IMG/VR virus record: IMGVR_UViG_3300027759_000001
From: a virus
Taxonomy: Duplodnaviria > Caudoviricetes
Strand: one strand, 5' to 3'
DNA: 64,000 bases
Part shown: positions 49,587 to 59,315 of the stretch, piece by piece
Position numbering within the stretch: position 1 is the first letter of the stretch
How the letters are laid out: every line of letters starts with the position of its first letter
The notes under the pieces: generated by a model
The model's input: the letters and a program-made list of their open reading frames with translations, nothing else
What the model was told of the DNA's origin: nothing
Databases searched by the model: none
Translations under genes and position numbers: made by a program

Positions 49587-52500
49587 TTATTTTCTGTTAT
49601 CTATATAGAGGATTACTTCACTGTAGTACTCAATAAAATGGTCATTCCACAGATCCCATTTAATATTAACTCCATCCACAGAGAAAACTTGTATGTTATC
49701 AAACTGAGTTAAGATATTATCTCTAAAGTTTCTAAATTCTACTTTATGTTCTGGTGTTCTTAAATGCCATTCACCAACAATTTTTTTAACATTTTTTTTA
49801 ATGAAATCTAAATTTTCGGGTTTAAACATTTCGTATTCACCACCCTCACAATCTGTTTTAACAAAATCAATTCTATTTAATCCGTAAAGTTTAATAAACT
49901 TATCAAATGTAATAGACTCCATATGTGTTTCACCTCCAAATAATTGGTCGTGTTCAATCACACCATTAAAATTTGAAAGTCCTTTATTAATGTGAGTTAC
50001 AGGATGACCCAATGTATTTCTAATTAATGTTGTGAATTCACTTTCACTTGGTTCAATACAAAATACGTGTTTTGGTTTTTTATGTAGGATTGAATATGTA
50101 AAAGGACCAACACTTGATCCAATATCTAAAACGATATCCCCTTCTTCTACTTCAAAGAATTGTTCGTATAATCTCTGTTCAAATATTTCATTATACATTG
50201 CGTGTTTGTGATAATTACCATTATCGTCACCATTATTCATCCATCCCCAATCAAACTTAGGTAATGGATTACTATTGAGTAATTTATTGATTTCACCAAT
50301 AACGACTTCCGAAGTAATTTCTTTTGTACATTCAAACATCCGATCCGTATTCTTATGTAGTGGACACCAATTCCAATCACCGGCATCTAATCTATCTGAG
50401 TTAAAACATCCGTGACAAACACTTTCATTAATAACTCTATATGTATCTAATGTTGTTTCCGCCCATTTTTCACTAAATCCTGAAATCAAAACGACAGGTA
50501 ATTTACAAGCCCAAGCCAACCAAGATAATCCTGATCCGAGACCAATAAAGAACTCACATTCGGATAGGTCGTCAATTACTTCTTGTAAGTTACCTCCTTT
50601 AAAAATGGTTACACCTTTAGGGTAATGGTTATTCATGTATCCGTCACCTTCTTTAGAGTAGATCATACATTCATAACCTAAAGTATTAAGGTGGTCAACA
50701 ACTGCTTGCCATCCGTCAGGGTTGTTCCAATATTTTGATTGTGCGGTTGAGTGAAACCCAATACCAACTTTTTTCTTTTTAGGTGTGTTAGGTAATTTTA
50801 ATAGTGGTCTAACTTCTTCATAATCTAAACCTAAGATATCCGTTGCCGTTTTTTGTAATGGCATTTTCTTAAAATCAAATGGGTGTTTGTTATTATCGTA
50901 AACCCCTTCACTTGTATAATGCCAACCTAACCTATATTGTGCGTGTATATTAGTTACCAATTCACCAGGTTCAACAAACTCAATATCAGGGTATTGATCT
51001 TTAAATAAACTATTAAGGAAGGTTGATACTATAAGTTGGCAACCATGTTTTTTTCTAAATACCTCACAATAAGGAACCCAAGCCATTGTGTCACCTAATG
51101 ATTTTGATCCAAAAGAAATATATACTCTCTTATCTTTTAGATCTAATGTCTCATCATAAATTACTTCACCATTTTCTTCTACGGTTGTTCTCCATTTAAT
51201 AAAGTATTCTTTATTTAATTTAACCCAACTATTGATTGGTAATTCATTTTGATATGATATTTCATTTTTATCATCATAATATTTAATATTCAATTTGTTT
51301 TCTGTTGTCCCTTGTACTTCAAAATAAGGTTGGGTAACATAATGTCTAACAAAAGTATAATCTTTGGTTAATGGTTTGTTTTGGGTAATGTTAAGATTTG
51401 TAACTGCGTTATAAAAATTCAATAAATCTTCACCAAATGTATTATCGGGTAATATTTTATAAACATCTTTATTTTCAATAAGTTCAACCAATTGTTTTGA
51501 TATGGTTTTAACATCACCTTCTATTGGTGTTATATATCCATTAAACATACCCATGTATTGTGGTAAATCTCTTGTAAGGATTTTCATTCCATAATTGATA
51601 GATTCTCTAACAACCAACGGATTACATTCCCAAGTTGAGTTAAACATTAATACATCACAAGCCATCATGAATTTTTCAACGTCATTACGCTCACCCCATA
51701 CTTTTACGTTTGATGGTAAATTATTCATTATTGGACCCCAATAGTCTTCAAAGTTTGGAGCTTGGTTCCCAATAAAATGAAATTGGATGTCAGGGTTTGA
51801 TTCAATTAATTCTCTTGCAACCTCAACCCCTTCACCTTGATTTTTACCACTTGTCCATAACCCAACATTAAGTACGTGAGTTTTAAACATATCCAAACCA
51901 AGTTCTTCTCTTACTACAGTTTTTTTAATTAATGGGACTTGATTAAAATCACCATATATTTCATACTCCTCTAAAATTTTAGTTACCTTATTCTCAATTG
52001 GGTATAACGATAAAAACTTCATTGGTGTTTCATTTAAAAACGTTTCCTTTAAATGATAAGGGGTGACAAAACAATATGATTCAGGATTGAACTTTTTATG
52101 TGTTTGCGGGTTAAACCAAACATTATGACAAGTCTCAACCATTTTCCAAGTCCTATCATTTGAATAAAGTTGATTTAACAATGGTAGTGGGATTTTATTA
52201 AAACTTTCAAATCCTTCTAACATTTCTTCCGAATGAACAATATCAATATTATTGTTTTTAATAATATCAATTAACTCATATTTTCTTTTTGTGTCAGTTG
52301 TATCACCTAAACTAAAAAAATGACCTTCACCCAATAGATCAATTATTTTATCTCTTTGAACAACATATGTATTACTAAACTGAGAAAACTCAACCAAAAA
52401 TATTTCAATTTGGTCTTTGAATTTTTGAAGTTCTTGAATTCTTTTTAATACGAATTGAGGCATTCCACCTGTTGATAGGTGCGGTGTAAGGTACAATAAT

Positions 52501-53246
52501 TTAATTTTTTTATTCATTTCTTTGTTGTGATTTTTTTTTATTATTTCTTTAGATTTTAATAAATTATATTTTCTTTTTTCATCATCTTCACCCGAAAATA
52601 TTCCTTTATTATGTATTCGGTATATACCTCCAGGAAAATTTAAATACTTTATTTTTCCATAACAAGATATACGGTAGTTAATCCCCCAATCAAGATATGG
52701 TAATTCATACATCCACGGTTCAAATAAATTTTCTATTTTTTTAAAAACTTTACCAAAACCAACATAATTTTTTTCTAAAAGATTATCAGTAGTGACACAA
52801 TCTTTAATATCTAATGAAATTCCCCTCCACTCATCTATTTTAGGTGGTTCTATATGATTTTTATGTTTTAACCATTTTTCTCTATGTCCACAAAACACCA
52901 TGGTAGTATCAATATTATTATCTAAATAATCAACACTTTTTTGTAGAAGATCCATATTATCCCAATAGTCATCACCATCCAATATCGCAATATATTCACC
53001 CTTAGCTTTTGAGTATAAAAATTCAAAATTTTTGGTGGGACCTAAATTTTTATCAGGTTCAAAAAATTTAATCTTTTTATTTAGTTCGGCAATTCTCCTT
53101 ATATGTTGCATGCTTTTATCTGAGGAAAAATCATCTCTAACTAAAATCTCATAATCAAAATTTGTTTTTTGACCTAACGCAGAGATTAAAGCCTGTTCTA
53201 TATATTCCTCAAACATATATGAAACTATAATAACACTAACTTTCAT
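49587..53246 (-). CDS. multidomain enzyme: GT2 + GT4 + autotransporter heptosyltransferase (BAHT/TibC-like) + FkbM-type methyltransferase
   Basis: VSVIIVSY..RDD.S.D..LDGDD; E..PLVVRES..YG; SKSLGD..AW.PY..FRKKH and CHGC..WCP..FEC iron finger; LDIGSSVG..KTDCEGGEY. Confidence 0.85.
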   Translation of the reverse strand: MKVSVIIVSYMFEEYIEQALISALGQKTNFDYEILVRDDFSSDKSMQHIRRIAELNKKIKFFEPDKNLGPTKNFEFLYSKAKGEYIAILDGDDYWDNMDLLQKSVDYLDNNIDTTMVFCGHREKWLKHKNHIEPPKIDEWRGISLDIKDCVTTDNLLEKNYVGFGKVFKKIENLFEPWMYELPYLDWGINYRISCYGKIKYLNFPGGIYRIHNKGIFSGEDDEKRKYNLLKSKEIIKKNHNKEMNKKIKLLYLTPHLSTGGMPQFVLKRIQELQKFKDQIEIFLVEFSQFSNTYVVQRDKIIDLLGEGHFFSLGDTTDTKRKYELIDIIKNNNIDIVHSEEMLEGFESFNKIPLPLLNQLYSNDRTWKMVETCHNVWFNPQTHKKFNPESYCFVTPYHLKETFLNETPMKFLSLYPIENKVTKILEEYEIYGDFNQVPLIKKTVVREELGLDMFKTHVLNVGLWTSGKNQGEGVEVARELIESNPDIQFHFIGNQAPNFEDYWGPIMNNLPSNVKVWGERNDVEKFMMACDVLMFNSTWECNPLVVRESINYGMKILTRDLPQYMGMFNGYITPIEGDVKTISKQLVELIENKDVYKILPDNTFGEDLLNFYNAVTNLNITQNKPLTKDYTFVRHYVTQPYFEVQGTTENKLNIKYYDDKNEISYQNELPINSWVKLNKEYFIKWRTTVEENGEVIYDETLDLKDKRVYISFGSKSLGDTMAWVPYCEVFRKKHGCQLIVSTFLNSLFKDQYPDIEFVEPGELVTNIHAQYRLGWHYTSEGVYDNNKHPFDFKKMPLQKTATDILGLDYEEVRPLLKLPNTPKKKKVGIGFHSTAQSKYWNNPDGWQAVVDHLNTLGYECMIYSKEGDGYMNNHYPKGVTIFKGGNLQEVIDDLSECEFFIGLGSGLSWLAWACKLPVVLISGFSEKWAETTLDTYRVINESVCHGCFNSDRLDAGDWNWCPLHKNTDRMFECTKEITSEVVIGEINKLLNSNPLPKFDWGWMNNGDDNGNYHKHAMYNEIFEQRLYEQFFEVEEGDIVLDIGSSVGPFTYSILHKKPKHVFCIEPSESEFTTLIRNTLGHPVTHINKGLSNFNGVIEHDQLFGGETHMESITFDKFIKLYGLNRIDFVKTDCEGGEYEMFKPENLDFIKKNVKKIVGEWHLRTPEHKVEFRNFRDNILTQFDNIQVFSVDGVNIKWDLWNDHFIEYYSEVILYIDNRK

Positions 53247-54192
53247 TTAATAATTTTATTTCTATAACATTGTGTATGATATTTTTTATTTTTTCTGTTA
53301 TATCCGATGATATTCCATCATAAGATATTACCACATTTTTTATATTGTATGGTTTAAACCCTAAATTAACAATATCCCTATTGGATATATCATAAGAGGT
53401 CTCAACACCATCTACGTTAATTAAAACATTTATTTTTTCTTTGTTATTGTAAAAATATAAACAAACCTCATCATTGTGTACGACATCTTTAACTATAAAA
53501 AAAACTAAACCATTAATGTCGGAGTAGTCAAATAAATTATCGTCTTTATGGAATAATATTAAATCCTCAATTTTTTCTAATTCAATTTTATAATCCATAT
53601 TACTCGTAATTAAAGTATCGTAAAGCCAGTTCTCAACTATACAATTAAATTTAAGGTAACTATCAAAAGTGATCAGATTTGAAAATTTCAATAGGTTTTC
53701 TCTATCTAACGCAATTAAATGTAAACTAACTTTGTGTTCGTGAAATGGATAAAAGTTACATTTTTTATCTGATAAAAAAGTAGAAACCACCGTATTATCA
53801 ATTTCCGTATCATATATAATATGATAATATCTGTCATAGTCATAAGTTAAAGCATATTCAGATAATTTTTTGGTTTGGTAAAGTGCCGCCCACCCATAAT
53901 CAATTAAGGCTCTTTTAATTACAATTTCTTTACCTTTATCCGTATTTTTTACCCATGACATAACAGATTTTTGGGGCCAATAAAGTAATGGATTTTCTTT
54001 TGTTTGTACATAAAAATCACACATATTTATCACATCGGAAGGTAAAGGTAAAGGACTATTTACCATTACATCTAAATTGTGACTTTTAATGGTTTTGATG
54101 GTATTTATCAGAATGTCAATTTTTTCTTTGGTATCACAATAAGAACTTATTAAAACTATCCTCTTATCTTGTAAATTATTTATATTTTCCAT
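53236..54192 (-). CDS. hypothetical protein (possibly GT-A like)
   Basis: 318 aa, co-transcribed with the four-domain enzyme; IIYDTEID motif. Confidence 0.6.
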   Translation of the reverse strand: MENINNLQDKRIVLISSYCDTKEKIDILINTIKTIKSHNLDVMVNSPLPLPSDVINMCDFYVQTKENPLLYWPQKSVMSWVKNTDKGKEIVIKRALIDYGWAALYQTKKLSEYALTYDYDRYYHIIYDTEIDNTVVSTFLSDKKCNFYPFHEHKVSLHLIALDRENLLKFSNLITFDSYLKFNCIVENWLYDTLITSNMDYKIELEKIEDLILFHKDDNLFDYSDINGLVFFIVKDVVHNDEVCLYFYNNKEKINVLINVDGVETSYDISNRDIVNLGFKPYNIKNVVISYDGISSDITEKIKNIIHNVIEIKLLNES

Positions 54193-54229
54193 ACCATTAA
54201 AAATAGGGGTTTAATTATTAAAATTAAAG

Positions 54230-54237
54230 TATTTATA
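54230..54237 (+). promoter_or_regulatory. putative late promoter TATTTATA
   Basis: 13 nt upstream of ATG 54251. Confidence 0.65.
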
Positions 54238-54250
54238 ACATAAAGAATAG

Positions 54251-55222
54251 ATGCCAATACCAAATGTTATAAAATACTCTACAACTCCTGACTCAAAATC
54301 TTTAAAGGTTGGTAATTTTTCTTTGGGTGTGTCTGATAGTGCTTACGGGGATACTAATTCAACAGGATATTGGAATGGATATGACATTCAATCCAATAAA
54401 CTAGTTATTTATCAAAATAAAGCATTAAATGGTCCATCAATTAGAGTTTTTGATATAGCATCTTTTGATTTCCTTGATTGGGTAAATAATACATTCAATC
54501 AAAATTTCACAATTGGTGAAATTGAATTAACATATGTTTATATCAATAGTTTAGGATCCACAATACTTGTTGATAAAAGTTATCCTGTAATATCTACAAG
54601 TGGTTTGACATTACATTTAGATGCTGGATTTATGCCATCATATCCACAATCAGGATCAACATGGACCGATTTAAGTTTTAGTGGTAATAATTCTACTTTG
54701 TTTAATAGTCCAGTTTGGGCTTCAACTTTTGGTGGTGGTTTTATTTTTGATGGAACTAATGATTATGGTACTGCCGGTTCAGGTTTAGCCATTACCGGTA
54801 ACCTTACGGTAGCCGCTTGGGTTAGACCAACTACATCATTTGCAAATCAAGGTAATATTATGGCTAAAAGTGGTAATCAAGGATATAGAATGAGATTCCA
54901 AACTGATGGTACTTTTTGGATGTCTGCCAATGGAAATACAATCACATCACCATCTGCATATACAGTAAATAATTGGTTTTATACTGTGGGGGTATTTTCT
55001 TCTTCAGGTTTACGAATGTATATAAATGGTAGTTTAGTACAATCAAATGGTACCGCATTTTCACCGTCCTACGATGCAGGTAATTTTTTTATTGCGGGAC
55101 TTACGTCAACTCAAGAACTTTTTCGTGGTAGAATCGCGACTCTGAGTGTATACAATAGGTCTTTAGATGCGACTGAAATATTGAATAACTATAATAATCA
55201 AAAATCAAGATTCGGATTATAA
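54251..55222 (+). CDS. LamG/concanavalin A-like virion protein
   Basis: LTLHLDAG...SYP.SG.TWTDLS...FDGTNDY...LRMYING...GRIA..SVYNRSL..EIL.NYN.QKSRFGL. Confidence 0.9.
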   Translation: MPIPNVIKYSTTPDSKSLKVGNFSLGVSDSAYGDTNSTGYWNGYDIQSNKLVIYQNKALNGPSIRVFDIASFDFLDWVNNTFNQNFTIGEIELTYVYINSLGSTILVDKSYPVISTSGLTLHLDAGFMPSYPQSGSTWTDLSFSGNNSTLFNSPVWASTFGGGFIFDGTNDYGTAGSGLAITGNLTVAAWVRPTTSFANQGNIMAKSGNQGYRMRFQTDGTFWMSANGNTITSPSAYTVNNWFYTVGVFSSSGLRMYINGSLVQSNGTAFSPSYDAGNFFIAGLTSTQELFRGRIATLSVYNRSLDATEILNNYNNQKSRFGL

Positions 55223-55223
55223 C

Positions 55224-55231
55224 TATTTATA
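55224..55231 (+). promoter_or_regulatory. putative late promoter TATTTATA
   Basis: 3 nt upstream of ATG 55235. Confidence 0.55.
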
Positions 55232-55234
55232 TAT

Positions 55235-55501
55235 ATGGAAACACAATTACAAGAATACAAAAACAGAAAATTTATAATCTTTAATGTCTCAGAATTGAAT
55301 CAGATTGATTTCACTCAGGTATTAGAAACATCAATTGATACTGTTAGAAAATCTGTTGATCAAACAAAAACATTTGTTAAATGGGATGGGGTAACTCCAG
55401 AGTGTGTAAATAATTTAACAACAAAAGAAGGACCTTACACTTATGATGAGATTATTCCAATTTTATTGACAACAGAATGGACGGATCAAAGTGAAATATA
55501 A
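55235..55501 (+). CDS. small phage protein
   Basis: 88 aa; IDF.QV.ETS..T.RKS.D.TKTFVKW pattern. Confidence 0.8.
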   Translation: METQLQEYKNRKFIIFNVSELNQIDFTQVLETSIDTVRKSVDQTKTFVKWDGVTPECVNNLTTKEGPYTYDEIIPILLTTEWTDQSEI

Positions 55502-55541
55502 TTTATCTTTATTTTAATATTTCATATTTTATATTTAACAT

Positions 55542-56468
55542 ATGAAAAAAGTATGTTTAGATGTATTAGGATGTAGAGCGTTAGGTGATACTTTAGCAGT
55601 AACACCAACTTTAAGAAAACTTTATAATTCTTACGGTAAAAAAATATCTGTTGCGACTCATCACCCTTATCTATTTTTAGATAACCCATATGTTGATAAC
55701 ATCTATACCGATGTAACCGATGAAATAAAAGAAACTCACGAAGTATTCGTATCGTTTAATATTGGTTATCATCCAAATGGTATTTGTTATAAACATAACG
55801 CAATGGACATTAGACAATTCCATGCGATTAATCTTGGTTTTATGTTATCCAAAGATGAGATGGAAATGGATTACATTCCAAAACCAATTGACACAATAGA
55901 AGGTTTACCTGAAAAATATGTTTTAATTCATCCCGTGCAAAATTGGGACTCAAGAACTTGGGATGCAAAGAAATGGCAAATGTTAACCAAACTATTAAAC
56001 GAAAGAGGTATTGCCGTTGTGTCTATTGGTAAAGATTCGTCTGAACTTGGTGGATCTAATGTGGATAAACCTGTATTCAATTTCAAAATTGATTTAGGAT
56101 TAAACTTAATGAATAATACAGATATGGATCAGGCTTGGTACCTCATCCAAAATAGTATGTGTTTTATTACAATGGATTCAGGACTATTACATTTGGCGGG
56201 AACAACCGACGCAGAGATAATTCAATTAGGTAGTTCAATTAATCCTGAGTTTAGATCACCATATAGAAAAGGTTCACAAGAATATAAATATCATTACGTG
56301 GTTGGTGGTTGTGGTTTGAATTGCGCTTCCGACATGAGGTATGGTGTTAGAGAATGGCAATCAATACAAGGTATACCATCACTAGTTAATTGTTTGGAAA
56401 GAAAAGAAACCTTTGAGTGTCACCCAACAATTTTTGCGGTTTATAATAAAGTGTTAGAAATAGTTTAG
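55542..56468 (+). CDS. GT9 (heptosyltransferase)-like glycosyltransferase with Cys cluster
   Basis: ALGD.LA.TP.LR.L, VLIHP, ITMDSGLLHLAG, C.LNC...C...FEC. Confidence 0.85.
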   Translation: MKKVCLDVLGCRALGDTLAVTPTLRKLYNSYGKKISVATHHPYLFLDNPYVDNIYTDVTDEIKETHEVFVSFNIGYHPNGICYKHNAMDIRQFHAINLGFMLSKDEMEMDYIPKPIDTIEGLPEKYVLIHPVQNWDSRTWDAKKWQMLTKLLNERGIAVVSIGKDSSELGGSNVDKPVFNFKIDLGLNLMNNTDMDQAWYLIQNSMCFITMDSGLLHLAGTTDAEIIQLGSSINPEFRSPYRKGSQEYKYHYVVGGCGLNCASDMRYGVREWQSIQGIPSLVNCLERKETFECHPTIFAVYNKVLEIV

Positions 56469-56475
56469 TTAATGA

Positions 56476-56483
56476 TATTTATT
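56476..56483 (+). promoter_or_regulatory. putative late promoter TATTTATT
   Basis: 14 nt upstream of ATG 56498. Confidence 0.6.
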
Positions 56484-56497
56484 GTTAAACAACAATA

Positions 56498-58066
56498 ATG
56501 GCAACAACAAGACCTTTTTCGTATAATACAGGATCACCAATCTCAGGAACAATTCAGGTTGGTAATTTAGCCGTTGGTTACCCAACAACAGGATTTACAG
56601 GGATGGAATGGTGGAACGGACCTGATGAGGATTTAGGTTATGTGATTGCACAACCCGTTTCAGGAGATACCCAACCAACACCTATAACAATAAATGAAAT
56701 TTTTTTAAGTTCAACTTACAGGGGTACTGATATTATCCTAAGTAATAATAATCAAACCGCATATCAACAATTTGGGTATCAACAATCTGTTTTGGGAACC
56801 AACCCAATTGGTTCTACGGATAAAGTAATGTTTAGTATTTTATGTACCTTGGCAACACCACCAGCATTACCAAACAGTCACTTTGTTGGTATTGGATATA
56901 CTTCAATGAATTATCAAGGAAATCCTTATGGTGGTTACCCCGGTAATGATGGTAATAGTATGGGATATGGTAGCGATGGAAATATTTGGTATAACGGAAG
57001 CATATATTTAGGTGGTCTTCAAACTTGGGGTGATGGTGACATAATTGATATTATTATCAATAATAATGTTAATACATTGTGGGTTAGAGTTAATGGTGGT
57101 AATTGGAATAATAGTCTTTCGGATAACCCTGAAACAAATGCGGGAGGACTTGAAATTATAGGAGACCCATTTTATCCTGTGTTATGTCCAGGATATGAAG
57201 GTACAATGATAGTACAAAATTCACCAACATATAATGTTCCAAATGGATATACATTTTTAGGGTTAACATCTGCATCTGTTGGTTTTTTTAGAACAAATGG
57301 TTTTGATGATAATGAATTTATTAATATTACAAATACCCTTTTAAATTCAAATTATACTGCAACAACCGATGCTTCAACAGGGTTAACAATAAATGGATAT
57401 TGGAATTCATATACTGTAAATGGTGGGAATGGTTTAACCCCCGAAACTGCAGGAGATAACGCTCTTCAAATAAAAACGGATTATTCCGGATCAACTGATG
57501 GTTTATATTGGATTAAAAATAATAATATAAGTGGTGGAACACCATTCCAAATATATGCTGATATGACAACAGATGGTGGTGGTTGGACATTATTGGTTAC
57601 AAACCAAAACACCGATGGATGGACATATGAAAACTCTATATTATTAAATGAATTTAACCCTGTTTCAGGTGGTTCAAACTATTCAATAGTTGCTTACGCT
57701 GATTATTTAAAAAGTTCAGGTGCGACATTCCAATATATGATAGACGCTTACCAAAGAAATCAATTTGGTGGTATATGGTCAGCCCCACAATTTTATTCAT
57801 TTGTTTATACTGCTAATACACAAACATTTGTGACTATTAACACTAAATTTGGTACTTGGAATTATAATGATGGTAGTATTGAACAATATATGCCTTGGCG
57901 TAGTACTAGTAGTGGTTTATTAACCACATCATCCAATCCTGGTGGTGAATGGTGGGGAACTTTAATCACTAATGGTGGTTGGAACCCCGCACCTTGGATT
58001 AGTGGTGATTGTGGTTTAGATGGATGTATGCCTAATCCAGGAATTATATGGTATTGGGTAAGATAA
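56498..58066 (+). CDS. virion protein: anchor domain + SPRY-like insert + fibrinogen C-like domain
   Basis: WWNGPDEDLGYVI anchor; TWGDGDIIDIIIN..LWVRVNG SPRY-like; DGLYWI..QIYADMTTDGGGWTL fibrinogen-like. Confidence 0.8.
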   Translation: MATTRPFSYNTGSPISGTIQVGNLAVGYPTTGFTGMEWWNGPDEDLGYVIAQPVSGDTQPTPITINEIFLSSTYRGTDIILSNNNQTAYQQFGYQQSVLGTNPIGSTDKVMFSILCTLATPPALPNSHFVGIGYTSMNYQGNPYGGYPGNDGNSMGYGSDGNIWYNGSIYLGGLQTWGDGDIIDIIINNNVNTLWVRVNGGNWNNSLSDNPETNAGGLEIIGDPFYPVLCPGYEGTMIVQNSPTYNVPNGYTFLGLTSASVGFFRTNGFDDNEFINITNTLLNSNYTATTDASTGLTINGYWNSYTVNGGNGLTPETAGDNALQIKTDYSGSTDGLYWIKNNNISGGTPFQIYADMTTDGGGWTLLVTNQNTDGWTYENSILLNEFNPVSGGSNYSIVAYADYLKSSGATFQYMIDAYQRNQFGGIWSAPQFYSFVYTANTQTFVTINTKFGTWNYNDGSIEQYMPWRSTSSGLLTTSSNPGGEWWGTLITNGGWNPAPWISGDCGLDGCMPNPGIIWYWVR

Positions 58067-58083
58067 AATATAATTAAATTAGT

Positions 58084-59181
58084 ATGGCAACTGCAAGACC
58101 TTTCGCATATAACACAGGTTCAACCATAACAGGAACAATACAAATTGGTTCATTGGCCGTTGGTACGCCAACATCGGGATTTACTGGAAACCCTAGATGG
58201 TGGAATGGACCTGATGAAGATTTAGGGTATGTTATTTGTAGACCAAATACTAATGGAAATCAACCAAATCCTGATAATGTACCGGCTTATATCAGATTCT
58301 CAAGGTCAAAATTAAAAACAGACCAATCATTTATTAACTTAGTTAATTCTGTATTTAAACAAACATTTACAACGACCAGTGAGTGTACATCGTATTTAAC
58401 GACAAATGGGTATTGGACTTCTTATGTTTCTCCCCCAACACCAACACCAACATTAACTAATACGCCGACATTAACACCAACTCAAACACCAACATTAACT
58501 CAGACATTAACACCAACTAATACGCCAACATTAACAAGAACATTAACACCAACTCCAACTAATACACCAACACCTACAAACATTAATTCACAAGGATTTA
58601 GTTATTCTAACTTTGCGTCAACTGGAGGCACTGTTTCTGTTGGTAACGTATCACTTTCATCAAACATTCTTTTTTTAACAACTGCGGCTAATGGTCAGGT
58701 TGGTAATGTTTATAGAACAACCGCAATTCAATTTAATAGAAATTTCTCGGCTCAATGGTCAACATTTATCGGAGGAGGTACAGGTGCCGATGGATACTGT
58801 ATTCAATGGACACCAACTAATAACACTAACGGGACTGCAGGTGGTGGTGTAGGATACGTTAGTTCCGCAATAAACGCAATTACATTCTTAACATATTCAA
58901 ATAACAATTATACTTGGTATAAAAATAATGTTTCACAAGGTTCAACGAGTGTTACCCCAGGACTTTGGAGACAAACATTATATTTCTGGGGTGACTATAA
59001 TCATTCGGCACAAACATTTGCACTTTATTGGAGCACAACAAATAGTAAACCTGGTTCGGCAAATAAAACATTTACTAGTTTCTCATTTGACACAAGTTCT
59101 TATTACATGGGATTTGGTGCGGCAACGGGAGGAGCAAATGATAACCATCAATTACTTTCTTGGGTTTTAACATTCACATAA
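58084..59181 (+). CDS. virion protein: anchor domain + Pro-Thr linker + L-type (legume) lectin-like domain
   Basis: FLTTAANGQVG, GGTGADG, YMGFGAATGGANDNHQLLSW. Confidence 0.8.
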   Translation: MATARPFAYNTGSTITGTIQIGSLAVGTPTSGFTGNPRWWNGPDEDLGYVICRPNTNGNQPNPDNVPAYIRFSRSKLKTDQSFINLVNSVFKQTFTTTSECTSYLTTNGYWTSYVSPPTPTPTLTNTPTLTPTQTPTLTQTLTPTNTPTLTRTLTPTPTNTPTPTNINSQGFSYSNFASTGGTVSVGNVSLSSNILFLTTAANGQVGNVYRTTAIQFNRNFSAQWSTFIGGGTGADGYCIQWTPTNNTNGTAGGGVGYVSSAINAITFLTYSNNNYTWYKNNVSQGSTSVTPGLWRQTLYFWGDYNHSAQTFALYWSTTNSKPGSANKTFTSFSFDTSSYYMGFGAATGGANDNHQLLSWVLTFT

Positions 59182-59200
59182 TTTAATTAATAGTATTAAT

Positions 59201-59263
59201 TTGATATATGGATCTAATGTATTATCAAATTACAACGCAACTAAATCAAAATTTGGTTTATAA
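59201..59263 (+). pseudogene. orphan 3' remnant of a LamG-domain gene
   Basis: ...VLSNYNATKSKFGL-TAA matches the end of 54251..55222 (ILNNYNNQKSRFGL-TAA); no ATG; frame closed by TAA at 59168. Confidence 0.7.
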
Positions 59264-59315
59264 TCATATATTTACAGTTATCTAACCTTACCTATTAATT
59301 AAATATAAAAATCTA

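Noticed and set aside
59201-59263. LamG remnant as a DGR template repeat
   Set aside because: Differences from the 54251 gene end occur at non-adenine positions, the match is short, and no reverse transcriptase is in the window.
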